In this document: in pieces, positions 51,138-63,366 of the stretch | Position numbering within the stretch: the first letter of the stretch is position 1 | Layout of the letters: the number at the start of each line of letters is the position of its first letter | Assembly: GCA_013239625.1 (NCBI GenBank) | Contig: MU053561.1 | Location: forward strand, 3,302,283-3,366,282 | DNA: 64,000 nucleotides | Source of the DNA: Lama guanicoe | Taxonomy: Eukaryota | Direction: 5' to 3' | Program-made: the position numbers and the translations under genes | Notes under the pieces: generated by a model | Databases searched by the model: none | Seen by the model: only the letters and a program-made list of their open reading frames with translations | What the model was told of the DNA's origin: nothing

Positions 51138-51727
51138 AAATCCTACTCATTTTCAAGGCCCACCTCACACTCGTGACCTTGACCACCTCCGCTGCAAGAG
51201 ACCCCTGTTGCTCGTGCTACTCTGTACCACGTAGAAGCATGTACCACCGACCACCAAGCATCCTACTTGTTTGAGAGCATCTTGGCTTCCCTCCTGGACA
51301 GTCCGTTTCCTGAAGGCTGGAACTAAATCTCATGCAGCCTTAGATCCAAAACAGGACTTAGCCTAGTGCCTTGCAGACAGGAAGTGTTCAATAAATTATT
51401 GAGATTTTAAATAATGGCTTTTTTAGATTTCTGTAGTATTCCTTGACTTAATGGTTATAAAAGTTTATGTGCGGAAATCTCTAAACTCTTGGAAATTAAA
51501 CAAAACACTTAAAAGCAATCCATTAGTCAGAGAGGAAGTCTTAAGGAAAATTAGAAAATATTATGAACCAAATGAAAATGAAAACATATCAAAATTTATG
51601 GGATGAGCAGTGCTTAGAGGGAAGCTTAGGGGATTAAATGCTTATATTAGAAAAGAAGAAAGATATCAAATCAATCATCTAAGAAACTAGACCTACCTTA
51701 AGAATCCACCTTAAGAAACTAGAACAG

Positions 51728-51963
51728 TGTGCTCAGTGGTAGAGTGCATGCCTGGCATACCTGAGATCCTGGGTTCAATCCCCATACCTCCATTAAAAAA
51801 AAAAGAATAACCTAATTACCTCCCCCCAAAAAAGCTAAAAAATTAAAAATTAAAAAAATAATTGGACAAAACAATTTAAAAAATTAAATTAAAAAAGAAA
51901 GTTAAAAAAATTTTAATTAAAAAATTTAATTTTAAATGAAAAAAAAAAGAAAGTTAAAAAAAA
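51728..51963 (+). mobile_element. tRNA-derived SINE (Vic-1-like) with long A-rich tail
   Basis: gctcagtggtagagtgc...ggttcaatcccc...cctaattacctccc; 15-bp TSD aagaaactagaacag (51713-51727 / 51964-51978). Confidence 0.92.
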
Positions 51964-52147
51964 AAGAAACTAGAACAGAAAGAGAAAAATCAATCCAAGG
52001 CCAGCAGAAGGAAGGAAAATAATAAAATAAGAGTAAATATCAATAAAGTTCAAAGCAGAAGAATTTTAGAGAATAATCAGTGAAACCAAAAGACAATTCC
52101 TTGAAAAGATCAATCAAATTGATAAACATCTAATTTAAAAAGGAGAG

Positions 52148-53471
52148 AAAACTGGACAGCAGCATGTAAATCAATGAAGCTAGAACACTCCCTTATACCA
52201 TACACAAAAATAAACTCAAAATAGATTAAAGACTTAAATATAAGACAAGATACAATAAACCTCCTAGAAGAAAATATAGGCAAAACATTATCTGACATAC
52301 ATCTTAAAAATGGTCTCCTAGGGCAGTCTACCCAAGCAATAGAAATAAAAGCAAGAATAAACAAATGGGTTCTAATTAAACTTACAAGCTTCTGCATAGC
52401 AAAGGAAACCATAAGTAAAACAAAAAGACAACCTATGGAATGGGAGAAAATTTTTGCAAATGAAACTGACAAAGGCTTGATCTCCAGAATATATAAGCAG
52501 TTCATACAACTTAATAAGAAGAAAACAAACAACCCAATCCAAAAATGGGCAAAAGACCTAAACAAGCAATTCTCCAAGGAAGACATACAAATGATCAATA
52601 GGCACATGAAAAAATGCTCAATATCACTAATTATCAGAGAAATGCAAATCAAAACTACAATGAGGTATCACCTCACACCAGTCAGAATGGCCGTCATTCA
52701 AAAATCCACAAATGACAAATGCTGGAGAGGCTGTGGAGAAAGGGGAACCCTCCTACACTGCTGGTGGGAATGCAGTTTGGTGCAGCCACTGTGGAAAACA
52801 GTGTGGAGATTCCTCTAAAGACTAGGAATAGACTTACCATAAGACCCAGGAATCCCGCTCCTAGGCATATATCCAGAAGGAACCCTACTTCAAAATGACA
52901 CCCGCACCCCATTGTTCATAGCAGCACTATTTACAATAGCCAAGACATGGAAGCAGCCTAAATGTCTATCAACAGATGACTAGATAAAGAAGTGGTGGTA
53001 TATTTATAGAATGGAATACTCTTCAGCCATAAAAATGACAACATAACACCATTTGCAGCAACATGAATGTCCCTGGAGAATGTCATTCTAAGTGAAGTAA
53101 GCCAGAAAGAGAAAGAAAAATACCATATGAGATTGCTCATATGTGAAATCTAAAAAAAAAAAAAGAACATAAATACAAAACAGAAACAGACTCATAGACA
53201 TAGAATACAAACTTGTGGTTGCCAAGGGGGTTGGGGGTGATTTCAAAACTTGTAGATACTGACAGGCATGTGCAGAATAGATAAACAAGATTATACTGTA
53301 TAGCACTGGGAAGTATATATACAAGATCTTGTGGTAGCTCACAGTGAAAAAAAAATGTGACAATGAATATATGTATGTTCATGTATAACTAAAAAATTGT
53401 GCCTACCCTGGAATTTGATACAACATTGTGAAATGACTATAACTCAATAAAAAAAAATGTAAAAAAAAAAA
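52148..53471 (+). mobile_element. Young-family 5'-truncated L1 (ORF2 C-terminus with stops, 3'UTR, polyA)
   Basis: Encodes [20 protein letters not shown]...[18 protein letters not shown] with several premature stops; TSD aaaaaggagag (52137-52147 / 53472-53482). Confidence 0.95.
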
Positions 53472-54192
53472 AAAAAGGAGAGGAGACACAGACTGCCAAT
53501 ATCAGGAATAAGAGATACCACGACAGAGCCCATGGCCATTAGGACATGATAGGGGGTTTACTACAAACAACTCTACACACACAAACCTGACAATTTAGAT
53601 GAAATGGATCCATTTCTCAGAAACCACAAACTATCAATTCAGTCACGATGAAACAGATCATCTGAATAGCCCTATAATGATTAAAGACCTTGAATTCACA
53701 GTTTTAAAATACTTTGAAATAGAAATCTCCAGGCCCAGATGGTCTCACTGGAGAATTCTAGCCAACATTTCAAGAAGAAATAAGAGCACATAGAAGAGGA
53801 AAAAATACTCCTCACTTAACTTTATGAGGCTACCATGACCCTGATATCAAAACCAGACAAAGAAGTACAAGAAAAGAAAACTACAGATCAACATTCCTCA
53901 TGAATACAGATACAAAACCCTCAACAAAATATTGGCAAATTAGATATAGTGATATAATAATAATACAGCATGACTAAAAGTCCTTTAGTGAATGAATGAG
54001 GCAGTGATTCTCTTCTATGTTCCCACTGAGGTGGTGGTTACACAAATCTATATATGCATTGCAAGTCATAGAACTATACACAAACACACAATTTCACTGT
54101 ATGTTAATTTCTACAATAAAGTTTTTAAAAATTAAATGTTTTGTGTGTGTGTTATCTCTGTGACAATGGTAACTAGCATTTGTATTATTTTT

Positions 54193-54317
54193 TTCTTTGT
54201 TGAGGGTGTAGGTAATTAGGTTTATTTGTTTATTTTTAGAGGTGATACTGGGGATTGAACCCAGGACCTCGTGCATGCTAAGCATGCGCTCTACCACTTG
54301 AGCTATACCCTCCCCCC
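54193..54317 (-). mobile_element. tRNA-derived SINE (Vic-1-like)
   Basis: ggtaattagg...ggggattgaacccaggacctcgtgcatgctaagcatgcgctctaccacttgagctataccctcccc; TSD gtattatt(t/c)tt. Confidence 0.92.
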
Positions 54318-55262
54318 GTATTATTCTTCTGATACAAAGTGCTTTCACACACATTTCATGAAATTCCCCTAACAACAGTCATATGAAGTATGTACTATGG
54401 GCTCATTTTTACAGATGAGTAAACTGAGTCTCAGGTGCAATGACCTGCTGTGTATTAATGAAGAGAGATAAGCCACAGGTCCAGACCCTCAGTGGAAGGT
54501 CCTATCAGCCAAAGTTCTCACTAACTCTCCCTCGGCTCTGTGCTTATATCCCTGGATGGTGATGGCAGTGACATTCTGTGTCTCCTGGAGAGAAAGTAAA
54601 TCCAGGTGCAATCCTGCTCAAAGCCAGAGGCTGTTGGGACCCCCCGTGGAGCAGTGAATGGGAGCTCACAGCGCAGGGAAGCTGTAGTTCAATTCCTGGC
54701 AGTTAACTCTAGGTAACTCAGAGTTCAGATCACCTGCAACAGAAAAGGCTTCCACTCTTTCAATGCCTGCTCTCCACGTGACTACTTTTCTTGTGATTTT
54801 CTTTTCTACAGTGAGGGTAAGGTATGCTACCATGTTCCCAGGAAGCAGTGGGAGGTGTGAGTGGAGGAGTGAGAATGAAGATTGCCAGTCTTCAATTCTA
54901 TTTTCTCTAATTCCCTGAAACTTCATTAAACCACATATCTGAGAGACTCTCTCCTTCCCATCCTCACCCTCCCAAAAGAAGTACGTGTGTTATGGGAGAA
55001 GCAGAGACAAGGACCTCGGGAGGCACCCCCACTGGGGTCCTGTTGATTGAGGTGTTCGGGAGGAGTGGGCAATGTGCCAAAAACACACTCACAAGAAGTA
55101 CGCTAATTAAAGGTTGTGTATTTTTGTGTATCTCACACCGTCTTTCAATTCAGTGAGTATCAAATAACGGGAGGGGTATTTGATACCAAGCAATTGCTTA
55201 TATCCCTTCATCAGAGAAGCAGATCTTAATGGCCAACAGCCATTTTTAGAGGACTTAATATT

Positions 55263-55406
55263 GTTTCATTTTTATAATTTTATCTTTGGTGGGGAGGGAG
55301 GTAATCAGGTCTATTTATTTAGCTTTAATGGAGATACTGGGATTGAACCCAGGACCTCATGCATGCTAAGCTTGTGCTCTACCACTGAGTTATACCCTCC
55401 CACCCC
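55263..55406 (-). mobile_element. tRNA-derived SINE (Vic-1-like)
   Basis: ggaggtaatcaggt...gggattgaacccaggacctcatgcatgctaagc...ccactgagttataccctccc. Confidence 0.9.
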
Positions 55407-56974
55407 AGATGAGTTAATTTTAAAATGGAATCACATCTCCAGATGCTGCAGGAACTTCTGCTAAAATGCTAGAACCCATCGGGAAACTCTGGACAAGCAC
55501 CGGACAAGTTTATTTCCCATTGGTCACCCTACTGAAATCACATCTTGCTGGAGCGATGTTGTGCTTCAGGCTTGATTCTGGCTGCAGTGTCTGGAAGCTG
55601 AGTCATTCCCTGCCATTCCAGCCTCAGGGGAACGAGCATGGGGGCTGCAGGGATGAGAGAATTCCAGAAGGCACAGAAGATATAAAACTGAGTCTGAGGC
55701 TGTGTCAGAAGGGAGCAGCGGGTAAGGGAGAGGTTTGCAGGGTCTTTGCAACCTGTGCTTGGTGAGCAGAGGGTGTGGGAAAGCCACGTTTCACGTAGCA
55801 GCTCTAGCAAATCACAGCAAAGGGCGAGAGATGACTTCATTTTGGTTTTTTCTGGGAGCAGGAGGCACGGGGCATGCTTTTTAGGGAAGCCAGTGGTGTG
55901 GCTTCTGTGCTTGAAGCGACAAACCCCGAATGGTTGGAAGAGGCACAATCTTAGGAGGACATACTTTAAGGAAGAGTACGAACTCAGATAGCCTGCCTTA
56001 GTGTCCCCCAAACAAAGCCAGTACGAGGACCTAGAATAGTCCTGAATTGATGTCAAGATTATGGCTTACTTTATTTTAGCTTAAGAAACAGTTTCTCACA
56101 TGCCGTCTTATTTGGTTTTCCAATTCTGGGAGGCAGGTTTTATGATCCCATTTTGAGGAAACTAAGGCTCAGAGAGATTAAGGAACTTGCTCGAAAGCTC
56201 TCAACAATTACATGCTGAGGCAGGGACAAAATCCTGGGTCTGCGCAGTGCCCTTCCCCTGCCCTATGTCACCTCTCCTAGCTGGAGTGAAGGTCTCACAC
56301 CAAAAGCCATCTCTAGGGATTGCAAGGTTGAGAAATGCAAGGTAAGAATGGATTCTGAGTTTAATAAATAAATCTACTAACAGGCATTCCACTGCTGGCC
56401 AGGGGTCTTTGTTAAATGTTTTCCAAATCCTTGTCTTTCTCCCTTCCTGCTTTCTTCCTTTCATTCCTTTCACAAACACACACCTAGGGACCACCGCACA
56501 GATGGGATGATGTTAGGCATCCTGGAGGTTCCAAAGATAAATTAGACTCAGATTCTTCCTCCAGAGGGTTTACAAGGCAGTATTTGTTCAAGAATAAGTA
56601 TGTTACAAGTAGACTGTAATCAAAGCCAGGGACGCCAAGAACTCTTCCATTGTAATTATTAGCATCTCAGATTTTCTCGTCTGTGTTCTGTCACCGTCAA
56701 CAGTAAGCTCTCTGTGAGCAGGAACTCACTCTTATTTGCCATTGAATTCTCAGGGCCAGGAACAGAACCTGCTGCACGGCTGACACTCAATAAATGTTTG
56801 GTGACCCAGTGAATCCATGAGAAATTGATCCTTCATGGGGACCTCTTGGAAAGTTTCAAGGAAGAAAGATCATTTGCCCTGGTGAAGAAGTCGTTTTTCA
56901 TGGGCAGGTATGGAAGCTGTGTGTGTTCCAGACAGAACAGGAAGAGTGTGGGGGACAAAGAACAGCTGGCTGTA

Positions 56975-57010
56975 GGGGGAGGGACGGGGGGAGAGTATAA
57001 CTCAGTGGTA
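56975..57010 (+). mobile_element. SINE 5' head only (3'-deleted)
   Basis: gggggagagtataactcagtggta stops abruptly before the B box. Confidence 0.55.
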
Positions 57011-57319
57011 AATACAATTATTTTCTAAATGCTGTTAATTTTATGTTTATCACCCTTTTAAAATGTCTTTTTTGTGTATGCTTTATAATTAGGAATATGC
57101 TACTACAACAGTACATATGTAAAGTTTGTTAATAATAAACATATATATGTATATACTGGATATGTATGCTGAAAAATTTTACTGATGGGGTGCAAAATTT
57201 AAGAAAATATATTGGAAATAACTGTCTAGTGGAATCAATAAATAATTGTAAAGCCTTTGTAGTCCAACAGTGTCTGGCACAACGTTGGATGCACAGTAAG
57301 TATTTAGAACTTCCTGTGA

Positions 57320-57467
57320 GGGGGAGGGGTAGCTCAGTGGGAGAGTGCGTGCTTAGCATCCTGGGTTCAGTCCCCAGTACTGCCCTTAAATCAATCAATA
57401 AATAATGTGATTACCTCCCTCTCCCCAAATAAATAATTTAAACAAAATTTTCTTTAAAAAAAAAAAA
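57320..57467 (+). mobile_element. tRNA-derived SINE (Vic-1-like, small internal deletion)
   Basis: ggggaggggtagctcagtgggagag...gcttagcat^cctgggttcagtccccagtac...gattacctccc...A-tail. Confidence 0.88.
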
Positions 57468-59719
57468 GAACAGCTGGTTATGTGAGGGACGCTGAGCTGG
57501 GCTGAAGCGCAGGGGGCGTGTGGAGGGGACATTAGGTTGGGCCTCTATCGTGGGCAGCCCCAGATGTCAGTTTGTTCACTTGGGCCCAGGAAACCATTCA
57601 AAAGTCTGTAGTGGGAGAGGCTGGCCAGAGTCGTGGGTCAGTGGTACCCTGTAGTGACAGTCCATCCGGGTAGAGAGGAGGGTGAGAGCAGGGGGGCTGT
57701 TGGGGGTGCCGGGGCAGGAGGAGCAAGCCCCCCTGTGGGAGGTGCCAGGGCCTGAATGCGTGGAAGTCTGGGGACTATGGAGAAGAGGGGCACTTCATAC
57801 AAGACCAGTCTCTTCAGGGCTCAGCAACCGAAGGAATATGGAGACTGAAGGACAGCAAGGTGCAAAGACGCTATCGACCCCCAGCTCCCGGGCCAGGGAG
57901 GGACAAGGGGAAGTCAGAGGGGTTAGGCTGGGATGAGTCGAGGGGAAGAGGGGAGGGACGCTGCGTCTGCTGGGTGCGTGTGAAGGCTGCAGGCCCAGCA
58001 GGATATCTAGGACAAATGTCCAGCCAGCTGTCAGAATGTCAGAGATCTAGGTGTGGCCCACAAACCCTCTAATCACTGAGCCAAAAATAGTCAGTGGAAC
58101 AGAGCTGGGGAGCCTTTTACGGCTGCCCGCCGGATTGCGGGGTGCAGAGCACTGGCCTTGGAGGGGACCTCGGAGCACCCCTCTCTACAGAAGGGGAATC
58201 TGAGGCCTAGAAAGGTTGAGTCGCTTGCCCAAGGTCACACAGCGAATTTGCCCTCCCTGATTCTTAAGGGAGGTCAGTGAGCTTTTAGGTGATTGGAATG
58301 TTAAAATAGAACAACCCTGAGCTGATCTTGCCTCGAAGTGCAAAGCTGATTAGGGGACCAGGATAAGGAAACAGAAAATGATCTCTGTTGGTCATCTCAG
58401 CTGCCACCCAGAGAAGAGAAAGCTCCTAAAAGGAATCAGGTGCAGGATGGGTGGTGGCTGGGATTTGATCTGTTTTTTGGTTTTGGTGTGCTTTGCCTCC
58501 TAGGGTCTCCTCCACGTAGCACCCTTCTCCCCAGGGCCACAGCTATTGACAGTCAATTCATTCTGAGTCCTGAGTCGGTGCAGACTGTTCATGTGTGTTT
58601 GCACAGGAGGTGAGAAGACCATCCACTAAAGAGGAAGTTGTTAAATTATGTGGATCTGTGGGTGTTTTAAAACTCAAGCCAGCTGTTATTTTTTTTAATG
58701 AATAAAAAAAATAGCTGCTTTAGGAAAATTAAGTTTTTACCCACTAATTTCCAAATTACTATAGATGAAAAGATACAAATTAGACTAAGTTGGAAGTTTT
58801 TTTTCCATTCTATATTTGCATAGCCTTTGAAATACTAATTTCTTAGTGGTGCCTAGGATGTGTGAGGTTTCCTCTTTGGTGTAATGGTCCCTGACCTTCT
58901 TATGTGATGCAGGAGAAATCACTTGTCAACGCACACAATGTGTTAGAACTTGATGCAATGAAGCTTTGGGTTTTAGAAATAAAGATATATTTAAAAATGA
59001 AAACAAAAAACCACCACTCTCACTGAGAAAATGTTTCCGAATTCCTGGAAGATGGAGGGCAGGAAGAAAACCAAGTTTTGTCCTGGACCCCAAATTCCTT
59101 TCTTCCTCCCTGAGAGGACATTGGTCCAATTACAAACTCCAGGACTTTTAAGAAAAGCAAACAAAACCCCAACCACATGGCAAAGGTCATCTGGCCTATG
59201 GAGAGAGTGAATGATTAACCCCAGAGAAAGTGAGTTTTGAGGATTTTTTTCTTTTATAGCGTTCAAAGGTGCCACTTAGAAAATTTTGGCCCAGGGCAAA
59301 TTCTAAGAACATGTTCTCTCCCATCATCACCCCATGTACTCCACCCATCCCCCCTTCCCTGAGGACCTTGACCCATGCCCATGTGAGGAGTGTCCTATGT
59401 CAAGATCAGAGGGTGTGGTTCCCTTCCTGCCAGGCCCCTCCCTTGGTTCCTTCGGGCTCCTCTGGCAGCAGAGACCGCAGAAAGGGCTGAGGCTTCCACT
59501 TGGAACCCAGGTCCTGGCCCGTTGTCTCCACGTGTCTCTATTGTCACCTGTACTGTGAGAAATTCATTAGGACAGATGCACAAAACCTGGCTCTGTTCAC
59601 ATCCAGCAGGGTGACCGTGGGGGAGTTCCACTTTCTCCCTCAGCCTCCAAACGCTCAACAGCAAAATGGGTTGATGATGCCTACCTACCTCAAAGGGAGA
59701 TAAAGCAATAAGCACCCCC

Positions 59720-60800
59720 AAAATGCGCTCGGAGCAACGAAACTATCAGCACACCTTGGCGCCCTTTCCTGGAACAATCCCCCAGTTTCTCCTCCACCAA
59801 CCTACCAGGACGCCTCCGGCTTCTACTTTTTCCCCCTTCCTTTTCCTACAGACATTATGTAAGGAAAGGGGGTCTACGAGAATACGGCAGCTTTCTTTCG
59901 TCTTCTGCGGCCCCTCTATCCTTGCAGGGAAGGCGACTGAGCGCCCTGCAGCGGCACAGATGGGTCCGCAGGACCCAGTGATGTCTGTGCTGGGGTGGCC
60001 AGGCCTCCGCTCTTGCAATGAACAATCCCCACTGCAAAGAGGGGCCCAGGCAGCACGGTCAGCTTTGCGGATCAGAACAGCTTTTCTGGGCACTGAGTGA
60101 GCTGGACGGTCACCCCGAGGATGCAGGACCTGGGTGGGGCCGCTGGGAGCCGGTGCTGCGCGCTCGCGACCGCGGGCGAAGGCGGAGCGGCGCCGAGGTC
60201 CGCAGTGTCCCGGGCTGCCCCCCGCGGCTGGCTGGCTCCGGGCGGGCGGAATTTCCCCAGAGTCCGGGCTGCGGCGGCAGGTCCGCGAGAGGGAGCCGCG
60301 GGCGCCCCCTGCTGCCCTGAACCGCAGCGCCACGACCACCGCCCGCAGATCCGGTCCTTCTCATCCCCTCCGCGCCCAGCCCGCGGGGGGCTTTCCCTGG
60401 ACTCCCGCGCTGAGCCGCAGTGCGCCCGCTTCCCCCTTCTCTTGCTCTTTCTCACTCCTTTAAGAGCCCGGGTCCTGGTCACCAAGGGCACCAGTCACTA
60501 ATGGCAGCCCCTGGACAGACAGAGGCAAGGGCAGGGAGCGTTCGTGATGCCCCTCGCATCTCAGCACGTGGGCCGAGGAGAGGAGAGGGAAGAGGAAGAG
60601 GAAGAGCAGAGGAGGGGCCCGCCTGCGCGGCTGTGAGGACGGGAAGAGGCGCGGGAGCCCGAGCTCAGTTCCCTGTGACCCCAGCGCCCACCCCCAAATG
60701 TCGCAAGCGGTGCCTTCCTCCCCCAGGGCAGCCTGGCTTGCTGGGCTGGTCTCCCAGGTCTGCAACGACACGTCGGGGCACTCTCTAGCGAGCACGCAGT
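59720..60800. promoter_or_regulatory. CpG island (CpG-rich extension at ~61200-61400)
   Basis: Very dense CpG at 60110-60430, with GC boxes (gggcgggcgg, ccgccc). Confidence 0.88.
60300..60317 (-). promoter_or_regulatory. CTCF-like core motif
   Basis: Minus strand reads GGGCAGCAGGGGGCGCCC, close to the consensus CCASYAGRKGGCRC. Confidence 0.55.
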
Positions 60801-61599
60801 GTGTTGAGTGCTGGACCTAATACCCTAACACCACTCTGTGCCATTTCACCTGATCAGCACGAGTTCTGCGTTAGTTTGTCCAGGCGTTTTGCTATTTACA
60901 ACGACAGTCTCTTTCCCTGGAGCACTCTGACCTGGTCTTTTGTACCGGTGTTCAAGGGGAGGGTCCTGACTGGAGACTCACAGGTTCCCAACTCTGAACA
61001 CAGAAGATACAAGCTCACAAAAGAAAGTCACACAGCCAAAAATAAAGCTGGTTGAATGCGAGGAAACGAAGGGTCTAGACTCAGAGACTTTCTGCCAAGC
61101 CCACTACTGTTTGTCCCCAGGCTTGGCAGGAAGGGAGGGTGAAAACCTGAGCTCCTTTCTGACATGCTTTGTTTAAATGCAAAGTGTGAGTGTTCGTGTC
61201 CGTGTGCGTGTGTGTGTGTGTGTGCTGCTCACAGTCTACGAAACTCATGCGTCGGATCACAGCTGAGCTAGCTGTGTTCGGCAAACAGCACTGCAACGAA
61301 TACGCAGCGGCCGTACCCCCACTGGCAGCAGCGGGAGGCTGAGGTGCCCTGCGGCCCCTCTGCAGCATGAGTGAGCACCCCAGCGCCGCTGCACCGCGCT
61401 GTGCCCTGCACTGAGAGGAGCCAGGCCCTTCCTGGAAAAGAGGCTTCTGGAGCCAGAGGTAATTTCTCTTTCTCTATAGATATGATTCTTCAACCTCTCA
61501 AAATGTTACTTTGTAGGGGAACGAGCCTGGCCTGAGAGTCAGAAGACCTGGGTTCAGATCCAGGCCCTGCCACGAAGCAGATGCCTGTCAGGGAGCAAA

Positions 61600-62470
61600 A
61601 TCATTCATTCTTCCATCCCTTTAACAGATACGCGTTGAACATTTGCCATTCCCCAGCATCACTCTAGATGTGGGAGATACAGCAGTGAGCAAGGCAACTC
61701 TCAGTCAGCACGGAGCTTGCATCCTAACAGGGGACCAGGCAACCCACTACGGGGAACATAAAGCAAGACGAGGGCAGGGCAACCGGGTGCTAACTGTGTT
61801 AGACTGGCCAGGGAGGAGTGGGCTGTGTCAACACACGGGGCAAGGGATTTCTGAGCAGAGGCGCAAACAGGTGCAAAGGCCCTGGGGCACGAATGAACTT
61901 GGTGTGTTTGAAACAAAGCTAGGGAGCCAGTGTCCCTGTCCCTGGCATGGAGTGAAGGAGAACAGTAGTGGACGAGGGCAGAGATAGGGGGAAACGGACC
62001 ATGGGGGTCTTGTGAGCCATGGAAGGGAGCTTCAGGTGTTTTCTAAGACGGGTGGGAAGCTGTTGGAAGGATTGGAGCAGGGGAAACACATGATTTGATG
62101 TGCATGCGAGAAAGGCCACTCCAGCTCTTGTGTGGGGAAGACTGGTGGGATCAGGTGGGGTGGTGAGAGTGGGTACAAGGAGACCGATTAGGAAATCCCT
62201 GCAGAGTCTGGAAAGGAGCAAAGGTGACTTAGCCTAGGGTGGGGACAACTTGGAGGGTGTGGGGACTCATCCTTGGGCTATATTTAGAAGGCAGAGCTAA
62301 GAGGGTCTGCTGGTGGATTGAAGGTGTAGGGTGATGGAAGGAGGGTATGAAGAACAACTTCGGGGTTTCTGGCTGAAGCCAATGGTTGAATCATGATTCC
62401 ATTTATGGAGGTGAGGGCAGGTTTGAGAGGGGAAATCGGGAGTTCAGTTTGGGGCATAATACATTTGAGC
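61600..62470 (-). mobile_element. L2 fragment
   Basis: tcattcattc...ggagatacagcagtgagcaag...aggtgcaaaggccctggggc...gggaagctgttggaagg...gagttcagtttggggcat. Confidence 0.75.
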
Positions 62471-63164
62471 ACATCATTTTCCCTCGTCTCTTTTGGCCTC
62501 TCCCTTCTCAGCTGTAAAGCAAAGGAGATGCCCACGAGATACTCAGGATCTTTCTGTGGCCATTAGGGTTCTTTCTCTTAATTCTTCCACATTCCCGTGT
62601 CTTTTAAACCCACCGATACACTTCAAATTCAGAAAAAAGAAGTGACAGGATTCTTCTAATTCTTTTTTGGGGAGAGAAAGGGAGAGAGAGAAAGGGAAGA
62701 AACAAAAGCAAGTCCCCATCTCCCATAAGGGGTCCCACCCACACTGATGTCCTGACACCAGGAAAGAGGAAACAGGGTGGAGGGTGAGCGCACTGAGTCA
62801 GAGCAGAGGGCACAGATAGAATCCCCAAAAAAGTATGCCTGGCCACAGTCTGACTTAGACTTCATTTCTTACATTTCTTAGGTTTGTATTTGAGAAACTT
62901 CAAGGATTTCTGAAAGGAAAAGCATTTTAGACTTTCAATTACAAACTACCTCAAAGTTTGTGATTTGCACCCCAACAGTCATTCAACCTGTCTGAACCTC
63001 AGTTTCCTTTACTCTAAAGGTAAAGACCTCTACTATCTCTTCAAGCTAGAAAATTCTGTGATTCAAATGTTTTTAAGGGAAGAAAGAAAGAAAGAAAAAA
63101 AACCCCTAATGCATAGTCAAAGAAACTTGAGACTTGAATGGTCAACTTTTGAAAAAGTTTTGCA

Positions 63165-63272
63165 AATGTTTTTATTATTTATTGGGTATTTACTATGTGC
63201 CTGGGGTTGTAAAGATACAACCTTGAAAATACAAGTAAAAGTCCCTTCCTTATGGAGCTTTCACTCTGGTGG

Positions 63273-63366
<94 letters not shown>

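Larger units (their letters stand above)
51490..54130 (+). mobile_element. Old L1M ORF2/3' fragment, split by a SINE and a young L1
   Basis: ttggaaattaaac...aaatgaaaatgaaaac...cagtgcttagaggg...attaaatgcttatattagaaaagaag; resumes after 53482 with ccaggcccagatgg...aaaaccagacaaag...ctcaacaaaata. Confidence 0.8.

Noticed and set aside
59723..60795. Multiple ORFs in the third CpG island
   Set aside because: Same GC artefact; none resembles a known protein N-terminus.
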